Shown: in pieces, positions 57,163 to 64,000 of the stretch
How the letters are laid out: every line of letters starts with the position of its first letter
Position numbering within the stretch: position 1 is the first letter of the stretch
DNA from: Pseudomonas phage Baskent_P6
Reading direction: 5' to 3' (one strand)
Sequence record: PQ415074.1
DNA length: 64,000 bases
The notes under the pieces: model-generated
Told to the model about the DNA's origin: nothing
The model's input: only the letters and a program-made list of their open reading frames with translations
Databases searched by the model: none
Made by a program: the position numbers and the translations under genes

Positions 57163-57291
57163 GGTCTGTCCTCAGTGGTTGGGCATCCGGGTGCGCGCTC
57201 GATGAACGCGCACCCGGATGCCGCACCGGCGGCGGGCGCCGGCGCAGGCGGTTCGGAGGGATAGGGAGTCGGGGTCAGGCGGAGGGAATGG

Positions 57292-58311
57292 TCAGGCTGC
57301 TTTCGCGGGTGACTTCTCGACGATCACGCCCGGCAGATTCAGCGTTTGGCCCTTGCTGTTGGCCAGGCTGTCCAGTGCCGGCTGGTCGACAACGAGCAAG
57401 TCCTCGGTGGCCAGGCCTTCGGCGATGGCGGCGATGAACGCGGTTTTATCGACGACGCGGGCGCGCCACTGGGTAGCGCTGGGCTCTGCTGCCTTGCCGG
57501 CGGGCTTGATCTGGGCGGGCGCTGGTGCAACCTCGGCCTTCGGCGCCTCCGGCTCGACAGCGACGGGCGTGTCCTGCTCGGCGAGCTGCTGGCGCGCGGC
57601 GGCAAGCTCCTGCTGCTGGCGCGCCAGTTCTTCGCGTTGGCGTTGCATTTCCTCTTGCTGCCGGCGCATTTCCGCCTGTTGCTCCTCCATGCGGCGGCGC
57701 ATTTCGGCTTGCTGGGCTTCCAACTCCTGCCGCTGGCGCTCCGCTTGCTCGAAGGCCAGGCGGTCGGTCAGCATTTGGGTCAGTTCGTCCATGGCCGTCT
57801 GCTGTGCGGCTTGGGCTTCCTTCGTCAAGTCGTAGAAGTCGTGTGCTGTGTCGATTTCGCCACAGCGGTCGATCATCGCGGCAATCTCGTCGCTGGTCTT
57901 GCCGCGTACCTGGGCCGGCATCCCTTTGATGGCGTCGACCTTCGACAGCAGGCGTGCGATCCGTTCCTGGCGCTCGCGTTCGACGCGATCGTCGACCTCC
58001 TTCTTGGCGGCCTTCATCGGATCTTCCAACGTCACCAGTGCGGCGGTGATCCGCTTCGCCTCGGCGTCGATGATCTGGCCTGCCTCGATGTAAGGCGCCT
58101 TTTCACGCTTGCGAGCGGCTTCCAGGCTGGTGCGCAGTGTGGTCAATTCCTTGATACCGGCCTTGATGAACTCGTAGCCATCGGCGGTATTGGCGTCCGG
58201 CAGCGTCGCGTACTTCTCGCGAAGTTTTGCCAGGGCGGCGTTGGTTGCGTTGTACTCGGCGACCTCGACGGTACCGTTTTCCAGGTCAACATTTTTCAGG
58301 ATGGTCATGGT
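57292..58311 (-). CDS. Coiled-coil recombination-module protein (about 339 aa), DUF1351-like candidate
   Basis: Start MTILKN with RBS GAGGA; long QQAEMRRRMEEQQAEMRRQQEEMQRQREE helical repeat region. Confidence 0.45.
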   Translation of the reverse strand, partial: TMTILKNVDLENGTVEVAEYNATNAALAKLREKYATLPDANTADGYEFIKAGIKELTTLRTSLEAARKREKAPYIEAGQIIDAEAKRITAALVTLEDPMKAAKKEVDDRVERERQERIARLLSKVDAIKGMPAQVRGKTSDEIAAMIDRCGEIDTAHDFYDLTKEAQAAQQTAMDELTQMLTDRLAFEQAERQRQELEAQQAEMRRRMEEQQAEMRRQQEEMQRQREELARQQQELAAARQQLAEQDTPVAVEPEAPKAEVAPAPAQIKPAGKAAEPSATQWRARVVDKTAFIAAIAEGLATEDLLVVDQPALDSLANSKGQTLNLPGVIVEKSPAKAA

Positions 58312-58312
58312 G

Positions 58313-59068
58313 TCATTCCTCGGGGCTGGTAGGAGCGGGGGAAAGCTGGCGCAGGCGCTCATCGGCGGCTTCATTCACGCGCAGCTCAATCTCTGAGGGG
58401 TTGAAGTTGACGACTGGCGCTTTGGCGCGGGCCTTCTCGGCGACTTGCTTACGCATTAACTCCAGGGCGCGGGAGTTCGGTGCCGCGGCGATCGCGTCGA
58501 GTTGTGCGCGAAGCCAGGTCTTGAATTCGTCCTTGGCTTCGTCCAGGGCTGTCTCGGGATCGCCGGCATCGGCCAGGCGCTCTTTCAGCTTCAGGCCTTC
58601 GACATAGGTCGTGTCGTCGAACATGCCCATGTGAATGTCGGCGCTGAACCCGAGGAGTGACAGACACTTCTTGATGGCGTCGGTGAGTGACTTCTTGCCG
58701 TAGTCGTGGTCGGTCTTGAAGCCCCACTCGGTCTTGTAGACGTAGGGGGTGTGCCCGTATTGACGGGCGTGATTGATCGTCCCGTCGTGGCGGTACCAGA
58801 GTTCGATGTACAGGGTGTGGGTCTTGTCGTGGCAGATGACCGCACCGTTCTTATCGAGGTGCGGTGCGCCTTCATCGAAGCGCTCTACCAAGACCTTCCA
58901 GCCCCAGCCCTTGCCGACGGGGCCGAATAGCTCAGTCGCACGACGGACGATGTACAAGCCGTTGATGGACGTCATGTCCTGACCGTTGAGCTTCGCCTGC
59001 CTTGTGTACCTGGTGTCCGTTTCTTTCACTTGGTCCCAGATAGCCATGTTGCTATTCAAGTTCGTCAT
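58313..59068 (-). CDS. Rad52/Sak-family single-strand annealing protein
   Basis: GKKSLTDAIKKCLSLLGFSADI resembles the conserved Rad52 motif (KEAVTDALKRALRSFG); position next to the exonuclease and SSB. Confidence 0.55.
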   Translation of the reverse strand: MTNLNSNMAIWDQVKETDTRYTRQAKLNGQDMTSINGLYIVRRATELFGPVGKGWGWKVLVERFDEGAPHLDKNGAVICHDKTHTLYIELWYRHDGTINHARQYGHTPYVYKTEWGFKTDHDYGKKSLTDAIKKCLSLLGFSADIHMGMFDDTTYVEGLKLKERLADAGDPETALDEAKDEFKTWLRAQLDAIAAAPNSRALELMRKQVAEKARAKAPVVNFNPSEIELRVNEAADERLRQLSPAPTSPEE

Positions 59069-59217
59069 GGTGTTGCTCGCTTGACGGCTGCCGGCGCCGT
59101 GGCTGGTTGTTCCGCGGTAATCAGTCCGCCCCAGATCGGGCCTAGGGCGAGAATGAGCAGGAAGAGGAGGCCGCCGATCAGGCCGCCCACCCAGATGGCT
59201 TTGCGCTTCGCGTTCAT
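59065..59217 (-). CDS. 50-aa membrane peptide (MNAKRKAIWVGGLIGGLLFLLILALGPIWGG...)
   Basis: Internal ATG of ORF 59065..59646; single TM; ATGA-coupled to the next peptide. Confidence 0.35.
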   Translation of the reverse strand: MNAKRKAIWVGGLIGGLLFLLILALGPIWGGLITAEQPATAPAAVKRATP

Positions 59218-59333
59218 GTCGGGAGCATCCTGTAGATCAGCCAGCCGTAGAACGGAGCCACCAGGGCCAGCACGCCGATGGCCGACGCAACTTCGGTGAG
59301 CGCCCGCCGGGCGCCAGTCGCATTTGGCTTCAT
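59214..59333 (-). CDS. 39-aa membrane peptide (MKPNATGARRALTEVASAIGVLALVAPFYGWLIYRMLPT)
   Basis: Found by reading the reverse complement; ATGA overlaps on both ends; below the 60-aa ORF-track cutoff. Confidence 0.3.
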   Translation of the reverse strand: MKPNATGARRALTEVASAIGVLALVAPFYGWLIYRMLPT

Positions 59334-59701
59334 GCGGAGGCCCCTCCCTTGGCTTTGTCGATTGCGCTTCGGGCCGCCTCGATCGCCGCAGTTGTGATCG
59401 CGTTGCGATGCTGCGGCAGATAGCCGACCAGCGCGCAGTACGCCTGCTCCAGGGCGATGAGTAATTCGGGGCCGTAGCTTTCAACGCGCCGCCGTGCTGC
59501 GCATTCCGCCCGCTTGCGGTTGTCGCGCTCGATTGCAGACTGCGCTTCCTGTTCGGTGGCGTAGAACCTGTACCAGTCAGCGCGCTTCGCGATGCGCGTG
59601 CCGTCGGCTCGAACGTAGTAGGCCTTCGTTTCCCGAACGAACTCACAGCGGCTAGCTGCGTCTCGGCCGGCCCGGACTTGAAAGCGGGTGATTGGATTCA
59701 T
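59330..59701 (-). CDS. Hypothetical protein, 123 aa
   Basis: ORF in the early-left operon. Confidence 0.5.
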   Translation of the reverse strand: MNPITRFQVRAGRDAASRCEFVRETKAYYVRADGTRIAKRADWYRFYATEQEAQSAIERDNRKRAECAARRRVESYGPELLIALEQAYCALVGYLPQHRNAITTAAIEAARSAIDKAKGGASA

Positions 59702-59919
59702 ACCCGAGTGCTCCTGAGTTCTGCCCAGCGGGCGTCCGACGCGGCGTCGAGCCGGTGGCGCATGTCGTCGTAAATACGGGTGTCGATGAAGCCGACCGCA
59801 TAGGCCAGTTCAATTTGGCCGTGGATGAACTTCTGGTCCGGGCGCGGGAACGGTGATCGGCGCATCGCCGTAATGCCTTCCTCGATCATCAGCACCGCGC
59901 GTTCATTCGCCCAGGCCAT
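59698..59919 (-). CDS. Hypothetical protein (about 73 aa)
   Basis: Start at MAWANER; possibly coupled to a 47-aa acidic micro-ORF upstream (about 59903-60046). Confidence 0.4.
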   Translation of the reverse strand: MAWANERAVLMIEEGITAMRRSPFPRPDQKFIHGQIELAYAVGFIDTRIYDDMRHRLDAASDARWAELRSTRV

Positions 59920-60173
59920 CGTCGTCCTCCTGCTCGTCCTCGGGCTCCGGTTCCGGCTGGTCCCAGAGCGGGTCGACGGCACGGTCGTAAGCCAGTTGCG
60001 CGTTGCTGAAAGCCGCGCGGTTGCGGCACTCGCGGTATGTCCACATCGGGATGCTCTCCGTGGTTCACCTGCATTCGGCAGCACCCGGGCACGACTGCCG
60101 TGTGCCTGGGTGCTCTCGAATGGAGGTTGAAAAAAGCCCGGCCGGAGCCGGGCAAGGGGGGGATGAAACGGGC

Positions 60174-60545
60174 TCAGGAAACAGCAGTGCAGTTGCGCAG
60201 CAGCACCGGCGTGGCCTGACCTTCTAGCCAGATCACCGCCATGCCGGAGGCGGAAACTTTGGCTTGAGTGAGCGTTCTGGTGCGGATGGGGATGGAGTCG
60301 CGGAGCGGACGGTACTCAACGGCCACCTGGGCCGGGTGCGTGCGATTCCACTCTTCAACCAGGTCTTTGGGTGAGGCGGACCGGACGGCGCCAACCCGGG
60401 CGTAGATCTCGGCGCGATGAATGGCCATCGCTTCCGGAGCAACGATTCCGAGGCGGATCTGGCCGCCTCTGTTCTCGACGACGGTCACGGTGATGTCGTC
60501 GCCAATGTGCAGGGTTTCGCCGACTCGGCGAGTGAGGATCAGCAT
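60174..60545 (-). CDS. CsrA/RsmA-family RNA-binding regulator homologue with about 60-aa C-terminal extension
   Basis: [51 protein letters not shown] matches the CsrA consensus nearly residue-for-residue (including the GxxxP and HREEIY region); total length 123 aa. Confidence 0.75.
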   Translation of the reverse strand: MLILTRRVGETLHIGDDITVTVVENRGGQIRLGIVAPEAMAIHRAEIYARVGAVRSASPKDLVEEWNRTHPAQVAVEYRPLRDSIPIRTRTLTQAKVSASGMAVIWLEGQATPVLLRNCTAVS

Positions 60546-60579
60546 GTGTGCCTCCGTTCAGGATGCTGGGCGCGCGGGC

Positions 60580-60792
60580 TCAAGCCGGCTCGCAGTGGGA
60601 AAGGGCAACGCAACCAGACACGCCCGCGAGCCAGACGACAGCGGTGTGGCCGCCGAGGACCTGGGCTTCGGTTGTCGTCCGGGTGCGCTTCGGCGTGGCG
60701 TGGCGATGAAACCGATAGTTGACCTCGGTGCCGGCGGGGTATGCGGAATTCCAGGCAGCAACGGTCGCCGCCGGGTTGGCGTTTCGCTTCAT
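60580..60792 (-). CDS. Hypothetical small protein (about 70 aa)
   Basis: Internal ATG with RBS GGAGA. Confidence 0.45.
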   Translation of the reverse strand: MKRNANPAATVAAWNSAYPAGTEVNYRFHRHATPKRTRTTTEAQVLGGHTAVVWLAGVSGCVALSHCEPA

Positions 60793-60854
60793 CGTGTGTC
60801 TCCGGATAGAGTTCGGTGGGGCTGGTGATGCCCTGCTACGGGCAGGGCTGCGGG

Positions 60855-61013
60855 TTAAAGCGGGAAGGCCGCACGCACGCTGCCAGCTCGAATAAAGAGA
60901 ATCGCCAGCTTGCGAACCTTCAGATACTTGGCTCTTGTCTGGCGGCCGCTGCGGCTCAGCTTGTCCATTTCGCCAACCCAAGCGTTGTAGATGTTCAGCG
61001 CGTAGTTGCTCAT
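60855..61013 (-). CDS. Basic 52-aa hypothetical protein
   Basis: ATGA-coupled to the upstream Zn-ribbon gene; found on the reverse complement. Confidence 0.3.
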   Translation of the reverse strand: MSNYALNIYNAWVGEMDKLSRSGRQTRAKYLKVRKLAILFIRAGSVRAAFPL

Positions 61014-61234
61014 GTCCTTTCCTCGGTGATGCCCCGGCGAACCGGGGCAGTGTTCTCACAGGCGTAACAAATTCCGGTAGCCGTCACCCCCAGGCGCCCA
61101 CACTCGGGGCAGCTCGCATCGCTGCGCACCTGCTCCTGCGCCTCCTCGTAGCAACCATCGCAGCGGAATCCGTCGGACGTCTCGATCACGCGACCGGGCG
61201 CGTTGCACCGGTCGCATTCGTGAATGATTGTCAT
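61010..61234 (-). CDS. Zn-ribbon protein (4x CxxC), 74 aa
   Basis: CDRC...CDGC...CPEC...CYAC. Confidence 0.5.
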   Translation of the reverse strand: MTIIHECDRCNAPGRVIETSDGFRCDGCYEEAQEQVRSDASCPECGRLGVTATGICYACENTAPVRRGITEERT

Positions 61235-61251
61235 CGGGTCGACTCCTTACA

Positions 61252-61458
61252 TCACGCATGCATCCGCACGGTGATGTAGCCGTTGCTGGCAACTACGTGC
61301 TCCCAACAATTGAAGAAGACGGACTGTCCGAACTTCTTCATGGCCGCCTGGCGAACCTTCACCTCAACGTCCAGAGGCTGTTCACCAGCGTCCGGCAGAG
61401 CAAGCCATTGCAGGCTCTTTCCGTCACTCAGGTGGGAATCGATGTTGAATTGAGCCAT
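61252..61458 (-). CDS. Hypothetical protein, 68 aa
   Basis: ORF. Confidence 0.45.
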   Translation of the reverse strand: MAQFNIDSHLSDGKSLQWLALPDAGEQPLDVEVKVRQAAMKKFGQSVFFNCWEHVVASNGYITVRMHA

Positions 61459-61468
61459 TTCAGTCTCC

Positions 61469-61675
61469 TTACCAGGGTTTACCGGCGTTGATGTATGCGC
61501 TTCCTGCTAGCTCGGTTAGAGCTAATAGCTGCCAGGAATCGATCGCTCCGCCGTAGTGCAATCCGCGCAACATCCCGACCGTTTCGTAGTACTCGATGCG
61601 CGCTCGGTGTACATCGCTCTCCCTGCGAATGATTCGAAGAGACTGACGTAAAGCCAGTAAGGCCTTTTCATTCAT
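61469..61675 (-). CDS. Hypothetical protein (about 68 aa), first gene of the leftward early operon
   Basis: Internal ATG (MNEKALL) with RBS GGAGGG. Confidence 0.45.
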   Translation of the reverse strand: MNEKALLALRQSLRIIRRESDVHRARIEYYETVGMLRGLHYGGAIDSWQLLALTELAGSAYINAGKPW

Positions 61676-62062
61676 CGTCTTGCCCTCCAGGGCGTGTTGA
61701 CTTCTTCGATGCCCCTCTTGCGAAGGGCATCTGAGAAATCGGTGTTGCTGGCCGGCGTTACGCGCCACCTCCGGCTGGGCGAATGCTTTCTCGGGGGACC
61801 TGAGATCCCGACAGCCGGCCACGCTTTGCTGCCGACTCTCGCTTGCGGTGCTCGAAGCTGCACACCCGGGGCGAGGCGTCCCCTGAATCCCGTTCTGCCT
61901 GTCGGCAAGGCCTTGGCTCGCTGTGGCCTGTTCTGTCGTCACGATGTTCTGTGTCGATGAGATAAAAATTACCAGTGGCATTTAAGTAATGTCAATGCTG
62001 ATGGTAATAAAATTTTCCAACGCTCATCAGGCACAGGTTGAATGGGTGAGGTGGTGGGTATA

Positions 62063-62078
62063 CTGTATTTATATACAG
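62063..62078. promoter_or_regulatory. LexA (SOS) box CTGTATTTATATACAG
   Basis: Perfect CTGT-N8-ACAG with an AT-rich spacer, 17 nt upstream of the RBS of 62095..62364. Confidence 0.6.
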
Positions 62079-62094
62079 CTAACGGGAGGTGCTT

Positions 62095-62364
62095 ATGGCT
62101 AAGCAACAGAAGAAGCAGCAGGTGGTGAAACCGCTGACGGCAGCCGAACGGCTGGGCCTGCGCGTTTCAGAGATGATCAATTCACCGAAGGCTCAGGATC
62201 TGAGGATGGTGACAATTCACCGGCTGGACACGGATTCCGATGAAGCCTGGGAGGGAGTGATGGGAGTACTTGCCGAGACGGACGGTCTTGAGCTGATCTT
62301 TAACGATGACGGTACCGTCACTCTTAAGTGGGAGAAGCAGGAGAGGGAGGAGGAGGCCTGGTAG
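62095..62364 (+). CDS. Small acidic-tailed protein (89 aa) under a LexA box, between cI and the early-left promoter
   Basis: RBS GGGAGG 5 nt before ATG; convergent with cI; C-terminus WEKQEREEEAW. Confidence 0.55.
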   Translation: MAKQQKKQQVVKPLTAAERLGLRVSEMINSPKAQDLRMVTIHRLDTDSDEAWEGVMGVLAETDGLELIFNDDGTVTLKWEKQEREEEAW

Positions 62365-62375
62365 GCTGGATACGA

Positions 62376-62403
62376 AAAGCCCCGCGTGGGGCGGGGCTTG
62401 TTA
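62376..62403. terminator. Bidirectional intrinsic terminator (GCCCCGC-GTGG-GGCGGGGC + TTGTT) between the SOS gene and cI
   Basis: Perfect GC-rich stem flanked by A-run and T-run. Confidence 0.5.
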
Positions 62404-62416
62404 AGCAAGGCGCGTA

Positions 62417-63202
62417 TCAGTGCTTCCTACGTCTGAGTACCGACCACCAGAATACCCAGCCCATGATGCTGAGGTTGTTCTCGCGCATCTGGTCCTTGGT
62501 GTACTCCTCGTCTGGGTATTCGTCACGGTTAAAACTGCGTAGGCGGATGCCACCACCAGGCAATCGGTAGACGAACTTCACCCGTAGCATGTCATCGTGT
62601 TTCAACGCATAAATCTCGCCATCGATTATCGTATGGGCGGATAGGTCAACCCCGATGATGGCGCCATCGGCAATCAGAGGCTCCATGCTGTTGCCACTGA
62701 CATTCACGCAGACCGAATGTTTTGGATCCACCCCCGACTCGCGCAGACCAGCCTTCGCGAACCTGATTTTTTGCTTGGCCTGCTCACGGTCGGGATAGCG
62801 ACCGTCCCCCGCGGCGATTTGGATCTCGTCGAAGTACGGTATTTCAACCTCATCCGGGTCGAGCGGGTCCCCCACCTCGAAACTGGACATGGGCGTAAGT
62901 TCGCCCTCTGTCTCCGCTTTAGGCGCCGGCCGGAGAGTCTTCGCCATATCCGTTATTTCGTCCGCTAGGCGCGGACTGAACTCCCGAACATGAACCTGGA
63001 GAATTTCTGCGAATGCCGCCGCTGCCTGGGCGTTCAAAGGGTTCACGCCATTCAGGTAGTGGCTAACGGAGCTTTGGTTGATCCCAAGGAGGTGGGCGAG
63101 CTTCTCCTGCGTTAGACCGAGGTCACGCTTTCTGCTGTTGAAGATGGCCTTCAGTTGAAGGCACTCGTCTTTTCTGTCTGGTGGAAGAGGTTTTTTGCTC
63201 AT
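62417..63202 (-). CDS. cI: CI-like repressor (HTH_XRE + S24 LexA-like autopeptidase)
   Basis: HTH LGLTQEKLAHLLGINQSSVSHYLNG; S24 motif GNSMEP (Ser) and LRVKF (Lys); divergent from cro. Confidence 0.85.
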   Translation of the reverse strand: MSKKPLPPDRKDECLQLKAIFNSRKRDLGLTQEKLAHLLGINQSSVSHYLNGVNPLNAQAAAAFAEILQVHVREFSPRLADEITDMAKTLRPAPKAETEGELTPMSSFEVGDPLDPDEVEIPYFDEIQIAAGDGRYPDREQAKQKIRFAKAGLRESGVDPKHSVCVNVSGNSMEPLIADGAIIGVDLSAHTIIDGEIYALKHDDMLRVKFVYRLPGGGIRLRSFNRDEYPDEEYTKDQMRENNLSIMGWVFWWSVLRRRKH

Positions 63203-63217
63203 CTTCGAATCGTATTC

Positions 63218-63280
63218 CCACAGGTAATATTTCAGCAAATGCCTATAGCATTGAAATGTTTAAATGCCACAGGTAATATT
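63218..63280. promoter_or_regulatory. Operator region: CCACAGGTAATATT direct repeat x2 (63218-63231, 63267-63280) between cI and cro
   Basis: Identical 14-mers 49 bp apart in the divergent promoter region. Confidence 0.5.
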
Positions 63281-63310
63281 CTGGTGTGAGGAACACTTTG
63301 GAGAGCGGTC

Positions 63311-63511
63311 ATGAACCGAGTACACATCAAGACATTTGCCTCCGAGCACGGGCAGTCCAGGGCTGCGGCGCTACTCGGCATCACTCAAGGGGCACTCAGC
63401 AAGGCTTTGCGTGTTGGTCGTGACATCTACGTCACCGCGCATGCTGATGGGACTTTCACTGCCGAGGAGGTGCGCACCTTTCCGGCCCAGAAGGTGCGCT
63501 TCGTTTCTTGA
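63311..63511 (+). CDS. cro: Cro-like HTH protein
   Basis: 66 aa; HTH QSRAAALLGITQGALSKAL; divergent from cI. Confidence 0.6.
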   Translation: MNRVHIKTFASEHGQSRAAALLGITQGALSKALRVGRDIYVTAHADGTFTAEEVRTFPAQKVRFVS

Positions 63512-63615
63512 CATGGACTGGTTCGTAGCAGGCGTGACTGCTGCAAGTAGATGCGTCAGCCAGCGCTTGGCGCAGGAGAACCAGGGCCTATGGGAACCGA
63601 GAACAGGGCTGACAT

Positions 63616-64000
63616 GCAGTTCACCGTGACGATCAATCAAGCGAAAGCGCTCGAGTGGGGGCTGAACTCGCAGCAGGCGCTGCTGTTCGCCTTCGTCTAC
63701 GAGTGCCCGAGTTGGGCGCGCCTGGTTCAGACGCCCGCAGGTGATTTCTACGCCCTGAGCAAAGCGAAGATCCTCGAGGAGTTGCCGCTGCTGACGGACA
63801 AGCCGGACACGGCGTACCGCTTGCTGAAGCAGATCGCTGCGGCCGGTGTGATCGATCTGTCGAGCACAGCAACCATCACACTCGTGCGGCTCACTGCGAA
63901 GGGGCAGGAGTGGAATCGGAAACTGGACGGGTCGGAAAAATATCCGACCCAGGTCGGAGAAAAATCCGAGGTCGGAAATTCTTCCGAGGTCGGAGAAAAA
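63616..64000 (+). CDS. 5' part of a lambda-O-like replication initiator (runs off the window end)
   Basis: Located after cro; the ORF is open to the window end; its 3' portion is encoded by iterons (PTQVGEKSEVGNSSEVGEK). Confidence 0.5.
63931..64000. repeat. Iterons: GTCGGA(A/G)AAA-containing 18-bp units x4, internally dyad-symmetric (TCCGAC..GTCGGA)
   Basis: gtcggaaaaatatccgac / ccaggtcggagaaaaa / tccgaggtcggaaattct / tccgaggtcggagaaaaa. Confidence 0.5.

Noticed and set aside
61676-62060. Possible sRNA/structured RNA in the 400-bp gap between the early-left operon start and the SOS gene
   Set aside because: Contains dispersed inverted repeats (TGCCGAC…GTCGGCA), but I could not define a convincing promoter-hairpin-terminator unit; most simply it is the PL promoter/leader region.
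1-64000. Single circular phage genome exactly spanning the window
   Set aside because: Joining the end to the start creates an immediate in-frame stop and the two iteron families are unrelated; so not a simple wrap-around, although a slightly larger permuted genome remains possible.
1-64000. CRISPR array interpretation of the terminal repeats
   Set aside because: Repeat units are 15-18 bp without spacers, lie inside reading frames next to cro-side replication genes, and fit ori iterons instead.
1-64000. Naming the phage (e.g. an F116-like or Bcep22-like Pseudomonas podovirus)
   Set aside because: Gene order, about 64-kb size and the giant protein are suggestive, but with no database access this would be a guess.

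Overview
High-GC (about 63%) temperate lambdoid phage DNA; the Pseudomonas-type LexA boxes suggest a Pseudomonas host. Reading left to right, the window holds a late region followed by an early region, with the integrase in the middle.

Late region: the 3' end of an O-like replication gene with iteron-like repeats, a nin-region (DUF1367-like protein, NinG), TerS/TerL (headful-type), portal, scaffold, a 430-aa major capsid, and a long run of virion, tail and internal-virion proteins. This run includes a 3782-aa polyvalent protein, followed by a holin, a SAR-type GH24 endolysin, Rz and embedded Rz1 (lysis cassette), and a small cargo island.

After the cargo island: an attP-like AT-rich junction, a P4-type tyrosine integrase, and an AlpA/Xis-like gene.

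Early region: a long minus-strand early-left operon with a 664-aa Zn-ribbon protein, a PD-(D/E)XK-like nuclease, DUF4406, a MazG-like protein, a C5-MTase and an SNF2 helicase-MTase fusion. The same operon carries an RdgC-FtsKgamma fusion, SSB, a DnaQ-like exonuclease, a Rad52-like single-strand-annealing protein, a CsrA homologue and several tiny membrane peptides. It ends in a cI(S24)/cro immunity switch and the 5' end of a second O-like gene with iterons.

Both window edges therefore sit inside O-like ori regions while int/attP is internal. I read this as tandem or concatenated phage genomes, or a permuted phage record, rather than a simple single prophage with host flanks.

Most notable observations:
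- the giant ParB-like / N6A-MTase / double-HExxH polyvalent protein;
- two LexA SOS boxes, each in front of an unknown cargo gene (one at the att-proximal cargo site, one between cI and PL; an antirepressor is a candidate for the second);
- a CsrA homologue with a C-terminal extension;
- a stacked DNA-modification/anti-restriction gene set;
- low-GC morons;
- a recurring 13-mer upstream of virion genes.

All functional calls are from motif recognition by eye. No database searches were run. Coordinates derived from the printed text may be off by 1-2 nt.
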